From Phoronis australis (Eukaryota > Animalia > Phoronida): a stretch of 64,000 nt of DNA. A model generated the notes under the pieces. The model saw only the letters and a program-made list of their open reading frames with translations, made no database searches and was not told the DNA's origin. Numbering within the stretch: the first letter of the stretch is position 1; every line of letters starts with the position of its first letter. Positions 27,492 to 38,600 of the stretch are shown here, piece after piece. A program made the position numbers and the translations under genes. The DNA lies in the NCBI GenBank assembly GCA_002633005.1, contig NMRA01000083.1:959161-1023160 (forward strand), in the 5' to 3' direction.

Positions 27492-30352
27492 CTACTGTTT
27501 TTGTTGTTCATTTAGAAAGCAACCGATCATAAATCTGTCTTGCCTTCTATGTACTTGCCGTCTGCTCTAGATAGACGGTTAACATCAAATAAACTGGTAG
27601 ACCATTTATGCCCTCATACAATATAAAGCGTCTGTGTGAAGTCGTCAAATAAGTTCATTACTACAAAATGCATCTCTGCATTTATATATGCTGAGATTTC
27701 AGGTCTCGCAGGACTTGGCGGTCAAAATATTTTCAGTATAGGCATATGTCCCGCGGTGAACATTGCCTGTGTATTAAGGAGGCTCCGTTTTCAGGGATAA
27801 AAAGGAGAGTTGGGTTGTTAAAAATGGTAATTTATTATGACGTAGCAATGGAAATAGCGCGAAGTGCAGTCTCTGGAAAGATGGGCATAAAAACTGCCAT
27901 CTGATGAGTAAATGGGCATTAATAAAGATAAAGCCAATGACAGACAAAACATCCATGAAGTATGGGTGGGAAAGGGCGTGTCAAATAAATAGAAAAACAA
28001 ACATTTAATAATGTTAGTACTGAGTGCAAGAGTTTTGAAAGTGACGCTAAAATGTTATCCCCCATCACGTAAAACATAAACTATCTATGGCAGCCCGGGG
28101 CCAGCAACTGACGCTGTGATGTACAACGAAATGACGCATCACAAGGGAAATTGAGAAACCATCCAAGTGGTGCAAATCGAATCTTGATGAAATAATTACA
28201 CCTTCAAGAAAAAACGTGGAACAAAAATTTGATACGGCGTTACCGTAATGGCAGTCAATATTGCTATTTATTGACCCATAAATGCTGGTTCGTAGCTCCA
28301 TAATCTTTCGCATCGATAATACGACATAGGTCACTTACGGAGTTTTCTTTTCATATTACCGTAAACTCGCGAGTTAACGCCCATGCCCCGGTAAACGTGG
28401 ACGTAAGCGCCCACTGCCTAGGTAATCGCCCGCCCCCGACTTTTTGCCAATTTTTCGGTTTAAGCGCCCACTGCTTGGGTAATCGCCCACCCCCCTGTCT
28501 CAATGTTTCCCAATTTAAGCACCCAGGGCGTTAACCCGCGAGTTTAAGGTATGTCATATAATCACAACTAGGTAATCCAGGCATATTTAGATTGATCACG
28601 AGTGTTTTCTATCATTTTCAGGATACAGTAATGTCAATTACATGAACGGGTGGATACGAGATCTGTTTTACTACGACCATATCCTGAGCTTAGAAGACGT
28701 GAAGGACACAATGCAAATGTCACAAGGTAATGGCTAATTTAGTCCAAAATGTCGATTAAAAGGAAATTCAGTATCTTGGAAACTATACTTTAATTTTTAA
28801 ATTTCAGTAACACAATATAAAACTATGTGGGAACTGCATAGACGTTCAAAGCTTTTGTTAAAAGACCCTGGTGGGTAGCATGGGCTTGGATAATCACTTT
28901 GGTTATCATGGTTCACTTTTTTACTATAAAACAGCATAACGTTAAATATGTCTAGAATTAAATAGACTTTATGTTTATTGCGTTATATTCTACTTACAGT
29001 AAAACAAAATTTCGAAAACACGGAACCCAAAATAAAGCACCTCCATCAGTTCCATAATGTATGTTTTATATCTTAAATACACAAACACACTCGCTTTTCT
29101 GGTTCCAAAGTTGGTGAAGCCTGGCACAACTTGGTTTAAATTAATACTTTTGCCCCTCTGAATGGGTAGCAGTGCTAAATGGCAACCTACTGTCCGACCG
29201 TTTCTCGGAGGTCGAGTTTTCACTGGCTCTTCAAGAGTTTAAAAACTGACGTTTTCTTTGTTCTTCAACTTTGCCTACGATGCACGTGGGTATTTGCGTA
29301 ATAGCTACAGCGTTGCATTCAATTTAGGATTTTGGTCAATGTTGCACGTTTCCGCCAACCCCTAGTCCATTTCATCAAATTTTAGGCGTGTTCGGACGAT
29401 CTGGGAAGGAGTTTAGTGTGACAGCAACCTAAGAAGTTCCAAATTGGGTGTTAAAAGAGGCTACTGGTCTTTTCGACCTCTTTTTAGAAATCCAGTGGCG
29501 CGGTTAGAAATTTTAACAGATTCACAAACAAATAATTTCGTATCTGTCGTCTTTGAAAATTCGGTAACCTCATTTGTGTTGGTGAACTTTATTAAAAACT
29601 CATTTATGGCCAAGAGTAAATTAAAATTGGGTTTGTTTTCCCTCTAATGACCAATCGCAAATTGTGTGCTCCACTCAGCACATTTTATTTGCAATTTAGG
29701 CGAAGGATTTATTTCCAGTTGTAAATTCTCTGCAACAAAACATGAGCGACAAGGAAAAGTGTAAAAATAAATATTTTATCTGGCGACCTACTCGTCTCAC
29801 AGTCGAAATTTTAGAGCGGGGGGAAACAAAAATATGGACAGCTCAACAACCGTGTTTCGCAATATATCTCAGTAATAACTCATACTTATTTCAGGCTGGC
29901 TTCTTCACCAAAACTTGCCAAGTGTCACTGGTGGAATCACTAGCGTGTCTTCGTACAAAGCTAGTGACGGTGTGAGATTCCTAACTTTGGCAGACAGTTA
30001 CGTTTCCAAGAAACCGTACATTTTTACGTGGAATACTGCAGCTAAGCAGTTCGAACTTTTTCAAACACTGTCTGACACAGTGCAGTTTCACGGCACTTTC
30101 TTTGAGGCCGCCGACCGTCTGTATTTCGTCAGCAATTCGGCTAACTATACGACTACACCGTTCTACGTGTTGACCAATGGCACCTTTGTAGAGTATCTCC
30201 GAGTGGATGAATGGGTGACTACCCAATGGCTTTCATTTTGGCGGGACGGCGATCTGTACTTGGCGCAGTTGAACTCCAGAAATGACCAATACCGATCTGG
30301 CGATGATCCAAGGCATTATGACGGATCTGTCAAAATTCTCAGATGGACATAG
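1..30352 (+). CDS. 5'-incomplete multi-exon gene: extracellular mosaic protein, EAR/EPTP repeats x4 - F5/8 type C (discoidin) x3 - LamG-like - EAR repeats x3
   Basis: Exons: 1-8, 1981-2124, 2345-2481, 4587-4762, 6093-6246, 6767-6981, 9100-9204, 11005-11155, 12311-12528, 16042-16155, 20733-20868, 20986-21197, 22256-22363, 23445-23586, 24577-24729, 26173-26253, 26427-26496, 26714-26808, 28622-28726, 29895-30352. All introns are GT..AG with matching phases. The exons total 2982 nt = 993 codons + TAG, with no internal stop. No transmembrane segment in the visible part; the start codon lies upstream of the window. Confidence 0.88.
113..392. mobile_element. MITE family A, copy 1 (TIR CATGCGCGCACCCAG, 5-bp TSD)
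   Basis: Terminal inverted repeats; flanks TAGAA/TAAAA; homologous to 1598-1814, 19031-19287 and ~48980-49137. Confidence 0.8.
1598..1814. mobile_element. MITE family A, copy 2
   Basis: TSD CTTTT at 1593-1597 and 1815-1819; shares the core TTTGGCGAAGTGGGCAAAAAGGTCCG. Confidence 0.8.
1981..6246 (+). CDS. Gene 1, N-side EAR/EPTP-like repeats (4 exons; first repeat partly upstream)
   Basis: Repeating pattern S/T-x-I/V-Y-x-W/F/Y...F-x-x-H-Q-x-L...Y-L-x-I/L-A: PSIYYYNPRKREYIFHQSL, HYLVIAS..TTVYRFDKSTGLFALHQTL, IYLGLAH..SIIYTWNEDSRTF. Confidence 0.72.
2672..3186. mobile_element. Palindromic MITE with ~30-bp TIRs and internal TTACG repeats
   Basis: CTATGGCGGGCCGTTGAGGGGAAAGTGTCGCCG ... CGGCGACACTTTCCCCCCAACGGCCCATCATAG; 4-bp TSD CCTA (2668-2671, 3187-3190). 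Confidence 0.85.
4033..4332. other. Assembly gap (300 N) next to a (CA)n microsatellite
   Basis: Run of N. Confidence 0.99.
6767..11155 (+). CDS. Gene 1, F5/8 type C (discoidin) domain 1 (exons 6767-6981, 9100-9204, 11005-11155)
   Basis: PLGLENGAIPNSAMSASS..GRLN..GW..QWLQINL..VATQ|GRTCCDQWLKTY..SND|LFNGNFD..VVSN..ARSVRFYPKSW..LRAELYG. Confidence 0.93.
8190..8434. mobile_element. PIF/Harbinger-like MITE
   Basis: Inverted ends GGGGTCTGTTTCATGTGAAGTGA / TCACTTTCATGAAACAGTCCTC. Confidence 0.6.
11176..11290. repeat. (GT)n/(GCGT)n microsatellite
   Basis: Direct reading. Confidence 0.95.
12311..20868 (+). CDS. Gene 1, F5/8 type C domain 2 (exons 12311-12528, 16042-16155, 20733-20868)
   Basis: PLGLEQGTIP..GAWCP..DYVQVDLG..TATQ|GR..QQWVTS..SADG|FTGNTDRNTIV..ARYIRVQP..SMRLEVYG. 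Confidence 0.93.
12544..14266 (+). mobile_element. Decayed hAT DNA transposon with transposase fragments
   Basis: Imperfect TIRs (ACCCGTAGCC / GGCTACGGAC). 13510-13675 reads LDRLGIDIAYCRGKGHYGAANK..CVQ..HSHCCGHFLKLV, a degraded form of the hAT motif CRGQGYDGAxNMxG..GVQ..HCxxHxLNL. No clear TSD. Confidence 0.7.
14600..15873 (+). mobile_element. tRNA-derived SINE, copy 1, split by ~1 kb of nested DNA-element insertions
   Basis: Head with A/B-box-like motifs (GGTCCGAGTCCC); body and tail (15810-15873) match the copy at 53428; 14-bp TSD TAAGCCAACTTAGT at 14586-14599 and 15874-15887. Confidence 0.85.
16318..18610 (-). mobile_element. Decayed Academ-like DNA transposon (frameshifted transposase N-terminal half)
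   Basis: Minus-strand motifs in order: DWDHCMFCH, NDLVAAECK (consensus DLVAAEAKYH), TPNHIGLGLTLHQATR..LVDLF..AGH, DNID..EETVDGKNTF..TQ. Multiple stops and frameshifts. Superfamily assigned from recalled motifs; boundaries approximate. Confidence 0.6.
17905..17984. repeat. (CTG)n / (CAG)n trinucleotide tract
   Basis: About 26 units with one ATG interruption, inside the transposase relic. Confidence 0.97.
18614..20098 (-). mobile_element. 5'-truncated non-LTR retrotransposon (CR1/L2-group reverse transcriptase), decayed
   Basis: Minus strand reads YLSNRAQYVQIN..GVSQGSIPGLLLFIIYMNDF..YADDTT (20098-19920). The 3' end has AATAAA (TTTATT at ~18647) followed by a (GAC)n(CAC)n tail. Confidence 0.88.
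19031..19287. mobile_element. MITE family A, copy 3, nested in the LINE
   Basis: Perfect 5-bp TSD CGAGG (19026-19030, 19288-19292). Confidence 0.88.
20986..23586 (+). CDS. Gene 1, F5/8 type C domain 3 (exons 20986-21197, 22256-22363, 23445-23586)
   Basis: LGLQDGRIP..DYVQVDLG..TGTQ|GRGNAGQWVT..SRDG|FAGNSNQNTVV..RKIRIKP..SLRLELYG. Confidence 0.93.
21263..22160. mobile_element. Old AT-rich inverted-repeat element (TTAAAG start, Kolobok-like)
   Basis: 21410-21720 is a degenerate inverted match to 21730-22010; ends uncertain. Confidence 0.45.
24577..28726 (+). CDS. Gene 1, LamG-like / concanavalin A-like jelly-roll domain (5 exons)
   Basis: FFDGGTSF..WSFSLFFKTT..LADGQWHHLAFTFD..ISFYIDG..VFVG..MNGWIRDLFYYDHILSLEDV matches the LamG-3/pentraxin-like consensus. 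Confidence 0.88.
27022..27227. mobile_element. PIF/Harbinger-like MITE
   Basis: CTGGGGCCCGTTCCACGAAAACT ... AGTTTCTGGGAACAGGCCCCAG inverted ends. Confidence 0.7.
27243..27510. repeat. Compound trinucleotide microsatellite (TGC/TGT/TGA)n
   Basis: Direct reading; accounts for the poly-L/M/C/N ORFs. Confidence 0.95.
28359..28549. mobile_element. Tc1/mariner-pogo-type MITE
   Basis: TA|CCGTAAACTCGCGAGTTAACGCCC ... GGGCGTTAACCCGCGAGTTTAAGG|TA; TA TSD. Confidence 0.8.
29895..30352 (+). CDS. Gene 1, terminal exon with 3 EAR/EPTP-like repeats
   Basis: GWLLHQNL..FLTLADS..PYIFTWN..FELFQTL..LYFVSNS..PFYVL..FVEYL..LYLAQLN..SVKILRWT-stop; acceptor TTTCAG at 29889-29894. Confidence 0.85.
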
Positions 30353-30777
30353 GCCGTCAAGCGCTCTGATGCATGTACAATGTAACAGGAATGGGTTCCG
30401 TAGTCTTGCGTGATCTTGCGTTTTGGCGGAGTTTCCGTGACTACGTCGTATTTTGTATTGTTGGTTCTTTTGTAATGGAAGACTTTCAAGCAACGGGGTG
30501 ACTGGTCATGTGAGACAGGATAACAGTGGCCTCTAGAGTACGAGGAAATAATTGAAGTGAAATTTTAGAAAACTGATAGCTTTTTGAGATTCCATCTTTA
30601 CCATTATATGAAAAGACATGGCCACTTGACCCAATTAATGGCAGAATGGTAAAAAAGACAAAAATCAAATTTTACATGTTTTCTGCTGCCACACATCACG
30701 TCTAACCTCATACACTCTAAAAGGGTTCTTATCACGAAATCAAAATGTTCCCTGTGCCACCCGATGTGAAGCTTCTT

Positions 30778-31214
30778 GTACCCTGTTGCGCGAAACAGTC
30801 CCAAATAGGAACTCAGCTAAGTTCCCTAAATCTACTGCGTATTTTTGGACTTGTGAAAACATCGATTGTCTTTTCTTCAATTTGTTTAGTTTCATCACTA
30901 AGTCAACTTTTGACTTTGATACAAATCGAGAGTAAACTCTACGTTAAATTGTCAATATTATCGAAAATAGTTAGGGATCTTTTCATGCAACACCCCCAAT
31001 TTAAGGACTGAGTCCCTACTTATTTTCCTTGAATTCTGGGGTCAGTTTTTAGTTATATTATTAGAAAATGTCATTAATCAAAGAAGAGATCATATTAAAG
31101 ATTAAATGATAGAAAAAATATTGCATCTGTGAGTCCATAAAGACGCAAATACGCAAAAAGACTTATGAACCGTAGTTGAGTCCCTATTTGGGACTGTTTT
31201 ATGCAACCGGGCAC
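30778..31214. mobile_element. MITE with ~45-bp TIRs (Harbinger-like)
   Basis: GTACCCTGTTGCGCGAAACAGTCCCAAATAGGAACTCAGCTA / TAGTTGAGTCCCTATTTGGGACTGTTTTATGCAACCGGGCAC. Confidence 0.78.
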
Positions 31215-32616
31215 TAGTCAGCCAGGTGGCGATAAGAGTCACTGGTCCCACGTGATCATCATTTTTTGCTTTCTGGAAGATTGTCTCCTAAATGACGACT
31301 GAAGCGAAGAAAACCATATGTGTAATGTGACGCGAAATGTAACATTATTGTCTTATTTTCTAAGCTGATGATGGTCGGTGTTGGTAAGGAAAAATCAGAC
31401 GACAATTTGGACGAGTCGCGTCAGTCTCAACTAGGAACATTTCGTAAATTACAATCCTGCAAGTAATTATATTTTCTAATAATCTAAGTTCATGTTAGCG
31501 AAGGTGACTATTTTTCAACTTTGGTGGCTGTTGGTGCCTCCCAGAAGATCGAAAATTTAAAATTAAAAGCAGTTTCATTGTTAATTTTGAATGGATGTTG
31601 CTTTTGAGCATTAACGATGTTTGTCAGAACGTTTTGAAATGAAACGTTCACCTTAAATTTCTTTGAAGAAGCCGTGTTTAACGGAAATGAAGAGCCGCAA
31701 TGACACTGTACATTATATATCTCTATTCATGTCTGTTTGTTTGTTTGTTTGTCTGTTTGATCATTGGTATAATTGCTTTTGCTTGTAACCAATGTTTTAT
31801 TCTAAATTATTATTTTACTTCTGGGTGTCATAGACACAAAACCTGAATGCAATATATCGGTTTCCGATGTAAAATATAATAAATGATTTATAAACAAAGT
31901 TGATTGTTTCTGTGAGCAAATTTCATTGAAAACTAATACAATGTGTGTATAATTTACGTAAGAAATGTTTTGTTTCAAACGTCATAAAATGACTTCAACA
32001 ATGACGTATCTTTTGCATCACAAACGGGTTTCATAAATAGGATCTGATCCGTCTGCACCATTCATAAGGTTAGAAGGATACCTGTTTACTTACTTTTTGA
32101 GTTTAATGATCAGAAAATTTATTAAATACTAACACGTGGTACCCAATCATGAGGTTAACCTGAGTTTCAAAAATCACTAACATATCTCGCGTGACTTCGT
32201 TCCAGTTTTTTGATTTCTGTAAGTCCAATTCATCCGCTTTCGGAATTTTTTATGCTAAAAACCATTGGCGCTATAAATTTGATCTCAATTTGTTCGCAAA
32301 TGATACCAGAGTTTTTGATTGTAACTGCCCAAATCTTAATTAACTCATGTAAATTAGTGATTGTGTGGCAAAAACAACATCGCAGTTAGGATAGATGAAC
32401 TTACACAGATATTTTCAACGGTTTCAAATCTGACAAACAACGAAACAGTGGCTTTATTTTCGAGAAGCGCCAATACAGCTCTGGGATATAGTTATCTAAA
32501 TTTAGGTGGCAGGTGGTTTGGGTTTTTAAGTAAGTGAAAACTTTGGTTTACACAAAGTGTTTCTGCTGTGTTCTCGGTGTCATTTGTCTCGCATTTGTTT
32601 TTCTGTTTAGTCAACG

Positions 32617-35600
32617 ATGAGTAACGCAAGGAACTTCTTTAAGCAATTAGAAAGTAACAATAACGCCACGTCTTCAGCCTCAGGACAAAGGTAGGTTAGA
32701 CTCAACAGTCCATACTAAAGTATTAGTATCCGCACGAAGGTCACATCCCGAGACCAAATAATTTCTAATACATGCATGCACGTGTGCACGCGCACATTCA
32801 TACAGGCATACATACATACACAGCCTATATACATGCACACATATATAAATATATGCACAGATGCATTCATATTTTCATCACAGCATACATACTTGCATGA
32901 TTATTGTATACATATTACATGCATGCACACCTATCTACCTACATAGATACATACATACACACGTGCTTACATGCATGCAGACATACATACATGCACACAC
33001 ACATCAGTGGCGGATTTAGGATATCATAAGGGGAGGGCAAGCAATAGCGTAAAGCACGACCCTTGAGGCGCACAGCGCCGAATGGGGGGGGGGTCTGGAT
33101 GGGAGTCTCCACCCTCCCGCCCATGAGTAAATTCTGTTTTTGCCTCTAAAAACAACCATTTTCCTTGATTTCTGAAGTATTGTCTGACTATTGTCACATG
33201 AAAAAACACAGGGAGCGTGTAAAACTTGAAAATTCGTATATGCCACTGCTCGAACTTACAATCTGCCTGGCAGAGCGCGCGTGCTCTACCACTGCTTATA
33301 CGTACGGTAATACATTAAGAAATATACTTGTTTATGGTCCTCAGCGTTTGCGCGCGAACCTGCTTCTTTCCGTAATGCTTATTACACGCTTTATATTTTG
33401 AGCAACTACTTTGTAGCAAAAGTTGTTGTACTCAAAATAATCTGAAGTTCCCAAAAGACCAAATCCGTCTTTCGTGTTGGCATTAACCACGCGATTGCTT
33501 TACAAATCGTCTTGATTTTAAGTGCTAGTCCACGAGAGCACCAGCCATGAGCGGCAAGGTGGGGGTCAGCCGATTTTCACCAAATTTGGCACATAGGTAG
33601 TCCTATGGGATCTATAAACAGCGGTAAAATATTTCCTCAAAATATTGCGTTTTTCTAAAGTTATAGGCTCAAACACATTTTACGGCTTCGCAGCCATGTT
33701 TTCACGGTATAAAAACTGTCCAGGTTTAACTGTTCATATTTTTCCTTGAACGAAAGCTATTGATTTATTATTCACTTGGCATTGTTTAGTGGTGCCTGTA
33801 GATTGTTACACAGATGTCTTGAAACACGATTCCGATTTACCACCCTCATTTAGTAGTTTTACTACACTGCCCCCCGTTATGCCATTTTGAGGTTGTGTTC
33901 AGTACACTGCTGTACCAAATCTGCCCCCACTGTTATGAGAATGAAACTTAGCCAAAATGTTGACAAAACATGTTACTTTCATTTCATAAAATAAAAACTT
34001 TGTCAGCCAGTTTATTAGTTATACATTTTGGCACCTCAAATGTACTAAAATGAGAAATTTTCATATATCTGAGATCGATGCGTGAGCACCGTAAAATCCG
34101 ATTGTCCTTCATGTTTTTCGATATTTTGCAACAAGTTAGTTCCTCCTGAATGTTTTGAACGTTTTACTACTGATCACTTAGGGCTATAGTACCCCTAAAT
34201 ACCATACATGGCTCCATTTTGTAAAAAGCCGATTATGTCCTCCACAGTGAACAGGGTTAGACATGAACTCGACAAATGTAGGTTATTTTGATTTACAGTT
34301 GTTTTACTTTGCAATTTCCTCATGGGTATTTCTTCACACATATTCAAGTCAGATTTTCTGTTGATCAAATGTTCATGCAATGCATTGTAATATCAAATGA
34401 ATGATAAGTTTGGTGGCATGACCGCAGTTTTTCCCACGACTTAAAACAAAAGACCGCAGAAATTTTCCTGACGAAATACCGGGTTTGCAGTTCTCTAAAA
34501 ACATTCGAATGACAAGACAAACTCCACCACTGTCTGTGGCAACTCGTCGCATGTTTTTCGCCCATCGGTCCTATCATTGTTTTCCATTGTTGTGTCACTG
34601 TTGGATATAACAACACAGGTCGCATGGATATAGAACCTTGCGTACATCAGACCGTTGCTGATAAGTGCTCGTCATTATATCTTTATTATAACAATGAAGA
34701 TGCTAATCTATTGTTCTCTATGCGACCAGGTTTCCCGTGGATGACCACAGAAGAGGAATCCCAAAGTATCCACAAACAATGACCACGCACCTTAGTAACT
34801 ATTACCGCGCACACGAATCCTTTCCGTGGAACCTAAACACCAAATTTTTATATCCGTGTATTGTGTTGTATTGCTCATGGTACGGGTTCAGAGACTCTGT
34901 TGTATTAAGATTCCAATCCCCAACCCAATCTGTAGTTTGAGTAAAATTTCAAGACAATGCAGGTTTATGGATTTATTCTCCTTAAAATGAAGAGTAAAAA
35001 TCAAATTCTGCACAGGTTTTTTAAAAGTAATCACTTATTGGAAGATCACACATCTAAAAAATAAAACAATGTTTGACAATTTTATTCATTATCTTATTTG
35101 AAAATTGCCTACCTCACAGACAACTCATCTAAGCTGAAAATATTCCTTGTGAAAAAATATAAAATACCAACCAGAGACTTGTGTACTACAGAATATGTTT
35201 TCGTAATACAATGCAAAGATAATTGTACAGTCAAAAGTGCAAATATTATGAGTCTAATAAAAAATTGCCTTCTAGATCTTTTCAACACTCTAATTGCTAC
35301 AGGACAGAGTCAACCACACAAAGCCCATAAAGTCAGGGAATTACATTTAAGGTGATGTAGTCTCACTGCGAAAAAGTGATTTCACAATATCGCTGACAAC
35401 ACTGGAAGTCTCTTCTTCACAAACTTGAGGTAGCTGTATTTACCACATCAATGTTCTTATCAAAACTAACCACCACAAAATGAAAAATTGGCATGTCGGT
35501 TCCAATTAGGCAGCATTTTACAATGAAATGGTCATGAAAAAATACTTTTGCAACATGGTTTGCATTACAATTGCCCTACGATTACAGTTGTACATACATA

Positions 35601-38600
35601 CTAGACCACTAACAAAATTACCCATGGGAACCATAAAATGGTCAATTCGCCTAAAAAAAAAGGAGCCACCAGAGCTAATGTGCCAATACTTTTCAGTACT
35701 GCAACAAAAATCATTTGAAGTGGACATAAACTCGCCTAGAATCGCATAAAACAACTTTTGATTTAGACATTTTACCATCACGAAATAGGTATTACTTCCA
35801 GGTCACTTTTAAGAACTTTGAAAGATCTGGCAATATGCAATTGCTAGAGACCAGACTAATAGTGTGTGATTTTATACACACAGCATGGTCTCAAGGAATA
35901 GCAAACTGTCAATTCGCTATAATTCCAGAAATCACTTCCCATCTGGATAAGGAACAAACTGAGCAAATTTTATAGAGGTAAATGGTCTAAATCAAAACTT
36001 ATTACCTCCTGGACAGAATATGGGTTTACAACCCAGGTAGAAAGATAAGTTAACAAAACCAGCCTAACTGCAACAGGGTCTCAAATTTCAGTAATATATA
36101 CCCATTTACAAACAAAAATCTATAATGGTAAATAAAATGCGGAAACATAAATTCAGATCAATTATGCATCTTCAAGGAAAAGGAACAGTACAGTGGTCAG
36201 AAATCATCTAAATGTGATGGCCACACTGAGAAATCCTGTCAGACCAAAAAATCCAGTGGCTAAACAAAATGAACAATGTACCATTACCATGTGGCCCAGG
36301 ATCATGATCCGTGCCTGGAGAAAAATTCAGTCTTAGACTAGGTAAATTTTAGATTTGTGCTGTTCACACAAGCAGTTCTGGTGCAAACAAAGCTTGCGAC
36401 AACACACAAGCCTACTTCCCTACACAGCTGTGCTGATACAATAATGCCCCCACTGGATTTAGCAGATCAGCCAGAGTATTTACAGGTCCAGCCACTGTAC
36501 TGTTTCCTCCCTTTGAATTTTTACAATGCTACATCCTTGACAATCGCAGATTGCCTCTTTCAATGCATACTCCACTTCCTCTGTCCCAGTTTCCCCACAT
36601 TTGCTGAGAGTGGCCTATCTCAAGAAATTATTTTGGACCTGTTGTGGTATAAGCCAGTAATCTTTGGCAAATACTTTTTCCCCCGACTCGTTCCTCAAGC
36701 TACAAATTCTCTTTGACATATCTTCTGGGAGTAGACTTTACGGCCTCTCTCTAGCCCCCTCACTTAGTTGTCCAGAAGGGTACCTTCTTGCTGGTTGTGA
36801 ACTTTTCCATACCCAACCTTTACTAATAATCGGCAAGTCTCCAACTTCAGCAGAAGCCACTTCTTCAGCATAAGCCTTTCCTGATTCCTAAAATTGTATT
36901 AATGAAAAAATTAAACATATTAAATTTAATGTGGCCATTTCGGCTCAGAAAATATGAATACCAAGCTAAAGTGAAGGCACCAATATTTTTGACGGCTTTA
37001 GCATGTTTAATTAACTTCATAATCGCAGAAATTCATTGGCAGACATAACATACTCCCTAGTCTCTAAAAGTAGTTCATGGGCAGAAGTCATGTTACACAT
37101 TTGGTGGTTGTTATGAAAAGTTATGATGACTACCTATTTTCTATGCCAATGTATACATGTAGTTGCATAAACATCAACACATTTGAATAAGATATGATTA
37201 AGCAATAAGGCCCAAGTTATAAGCAATCACGGTGTGACAATAAAAGTATTTTTGCATGAATGACGTGCTTCTAAAAATATTCCTCAGGGTCAGACCCTGG
37301 AGTTTAGTGATTCCTACCTGAGCTCACAGGAAGCAGGACGTTGAACCTTGACTTAACGTCTTTGGTCATTTTTCAGACCTCTATCAGGCTCTATCAGATT
37401 TCTCCTCTAGTGTGCAGTGGATGTTCTCAGTGTCTTTGGCGACAGCAATATATCTCGAGTGTTGTAACGATGATTCGGGCAAGTGAATCTAATAAGGTAG
37501 ATTATGTAGCTCCTGCTCCACACCTGCCTCCGAGGCAGACACTGAGACAGACTACTTCTCAGGAGGACACGTTCCACCTCCACATCAGCTCCACGTACTC
37601 TTATAAGGTGCTCAAATGTCTCGCTCTATACCTTGTGCATTTCCCAAGAGTTTCCAAAGTTGTTTCTCTCCGCAATTTGTAGAAATACCACATTCGATGC
37701 GACTGGCAGTGCCAGATAAATAGATAAATTCGCAAACCCGCACTTTAGGTCAGCCATCATTCAACTAACGCATTGTAAGCTTTAGTTTGGTATTCAGACG
37801 AGTTGGATGAACAAATTTAGTATAATTTCATATTTTAGTGGGAAATGCTAGTGTCTTTAAAATTAATTAAAAACATTTAAGCAAACCAATTCTTTTAATT
37901 GTTGTATTATACCACGGCATATTAATGCGTAGAAACGGCGCACAACTAGTGACTGGTTTAACATGACAAATACACATACGCGGTCTGAAAATAGTGAAAT
38001 TCAGACACCTATTACCAAGCCTGCCTGAAGGGCTGACAAAGTTTTTATTGTATTAATTTCAAGGGCATGGAGTCTTCTACATGTCCATGTTATTATTTTT
38101 AGTTTTCTCGCGGGGGCAGCTTCGCTATAAGGGTACAACTTACTGCTGGTTTTTCACAAGAAGGAAATGTACCTCCACGGAAACAGTTCCAGTGTTACCA
38201 TGGTAACAGATATTGCAGTGTCGGTGCCGTTTTTACTGACATTGGTCATGAACCTATCGTGTGATATCAAAATTGTTCAGAAACGATTCTGTTTGAAGCA
38301 GAAACTGGAGTAGAAAATTTGGTCAAAAATGACTCATTCCACACCAAGAAACTGCCTCATTTTGCCCCCCAGAACACTTCCCTTGTATCTCCTAAACCAC
38401 CAAACTTTGTGGTGTCATACTTCACCCATTTTCTCTCATCCCTAATGTGATTTATCAGACTAAACATGGATCTGAATGGTTGACCCCCCACCTTGCCGCT
38501 TGTTGGCTGTACTGTGGTCGGTGGATCCGTGGACTGATACTTAATGTTTGACAAAGAAAGAATTATGAGTTTCTGAGTGATTCACTAAGGCTTCGATAAA

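Noticed and set aside
27193-27515. Poly-Leu/Met, poly-Cys and poly-Asn ORFs
   Set aside because: These are translations of a compound microsatellite inside an intron.
30800-31192. CArG-like boxes upstream of the smoothelin-like gene
   Set aside because: They do not match CC(A/T)6GG exactly and are the two TIRs of a MITE.
31365-31430. CTGATGA as another hammerhead core
   Set aside because: No properly placed GAAA(C)..NUH or closing stems follow it.
12544-38540. RNA-guided nuclease (Fanzor/TnpB-like) or an intact transposase in the transposon relics
   Set aside because: I could not recognise a RuvC-like motif arrangement, and all mobile-element ORFs are fragmented. An HMM search would be needed to exclude this formally.
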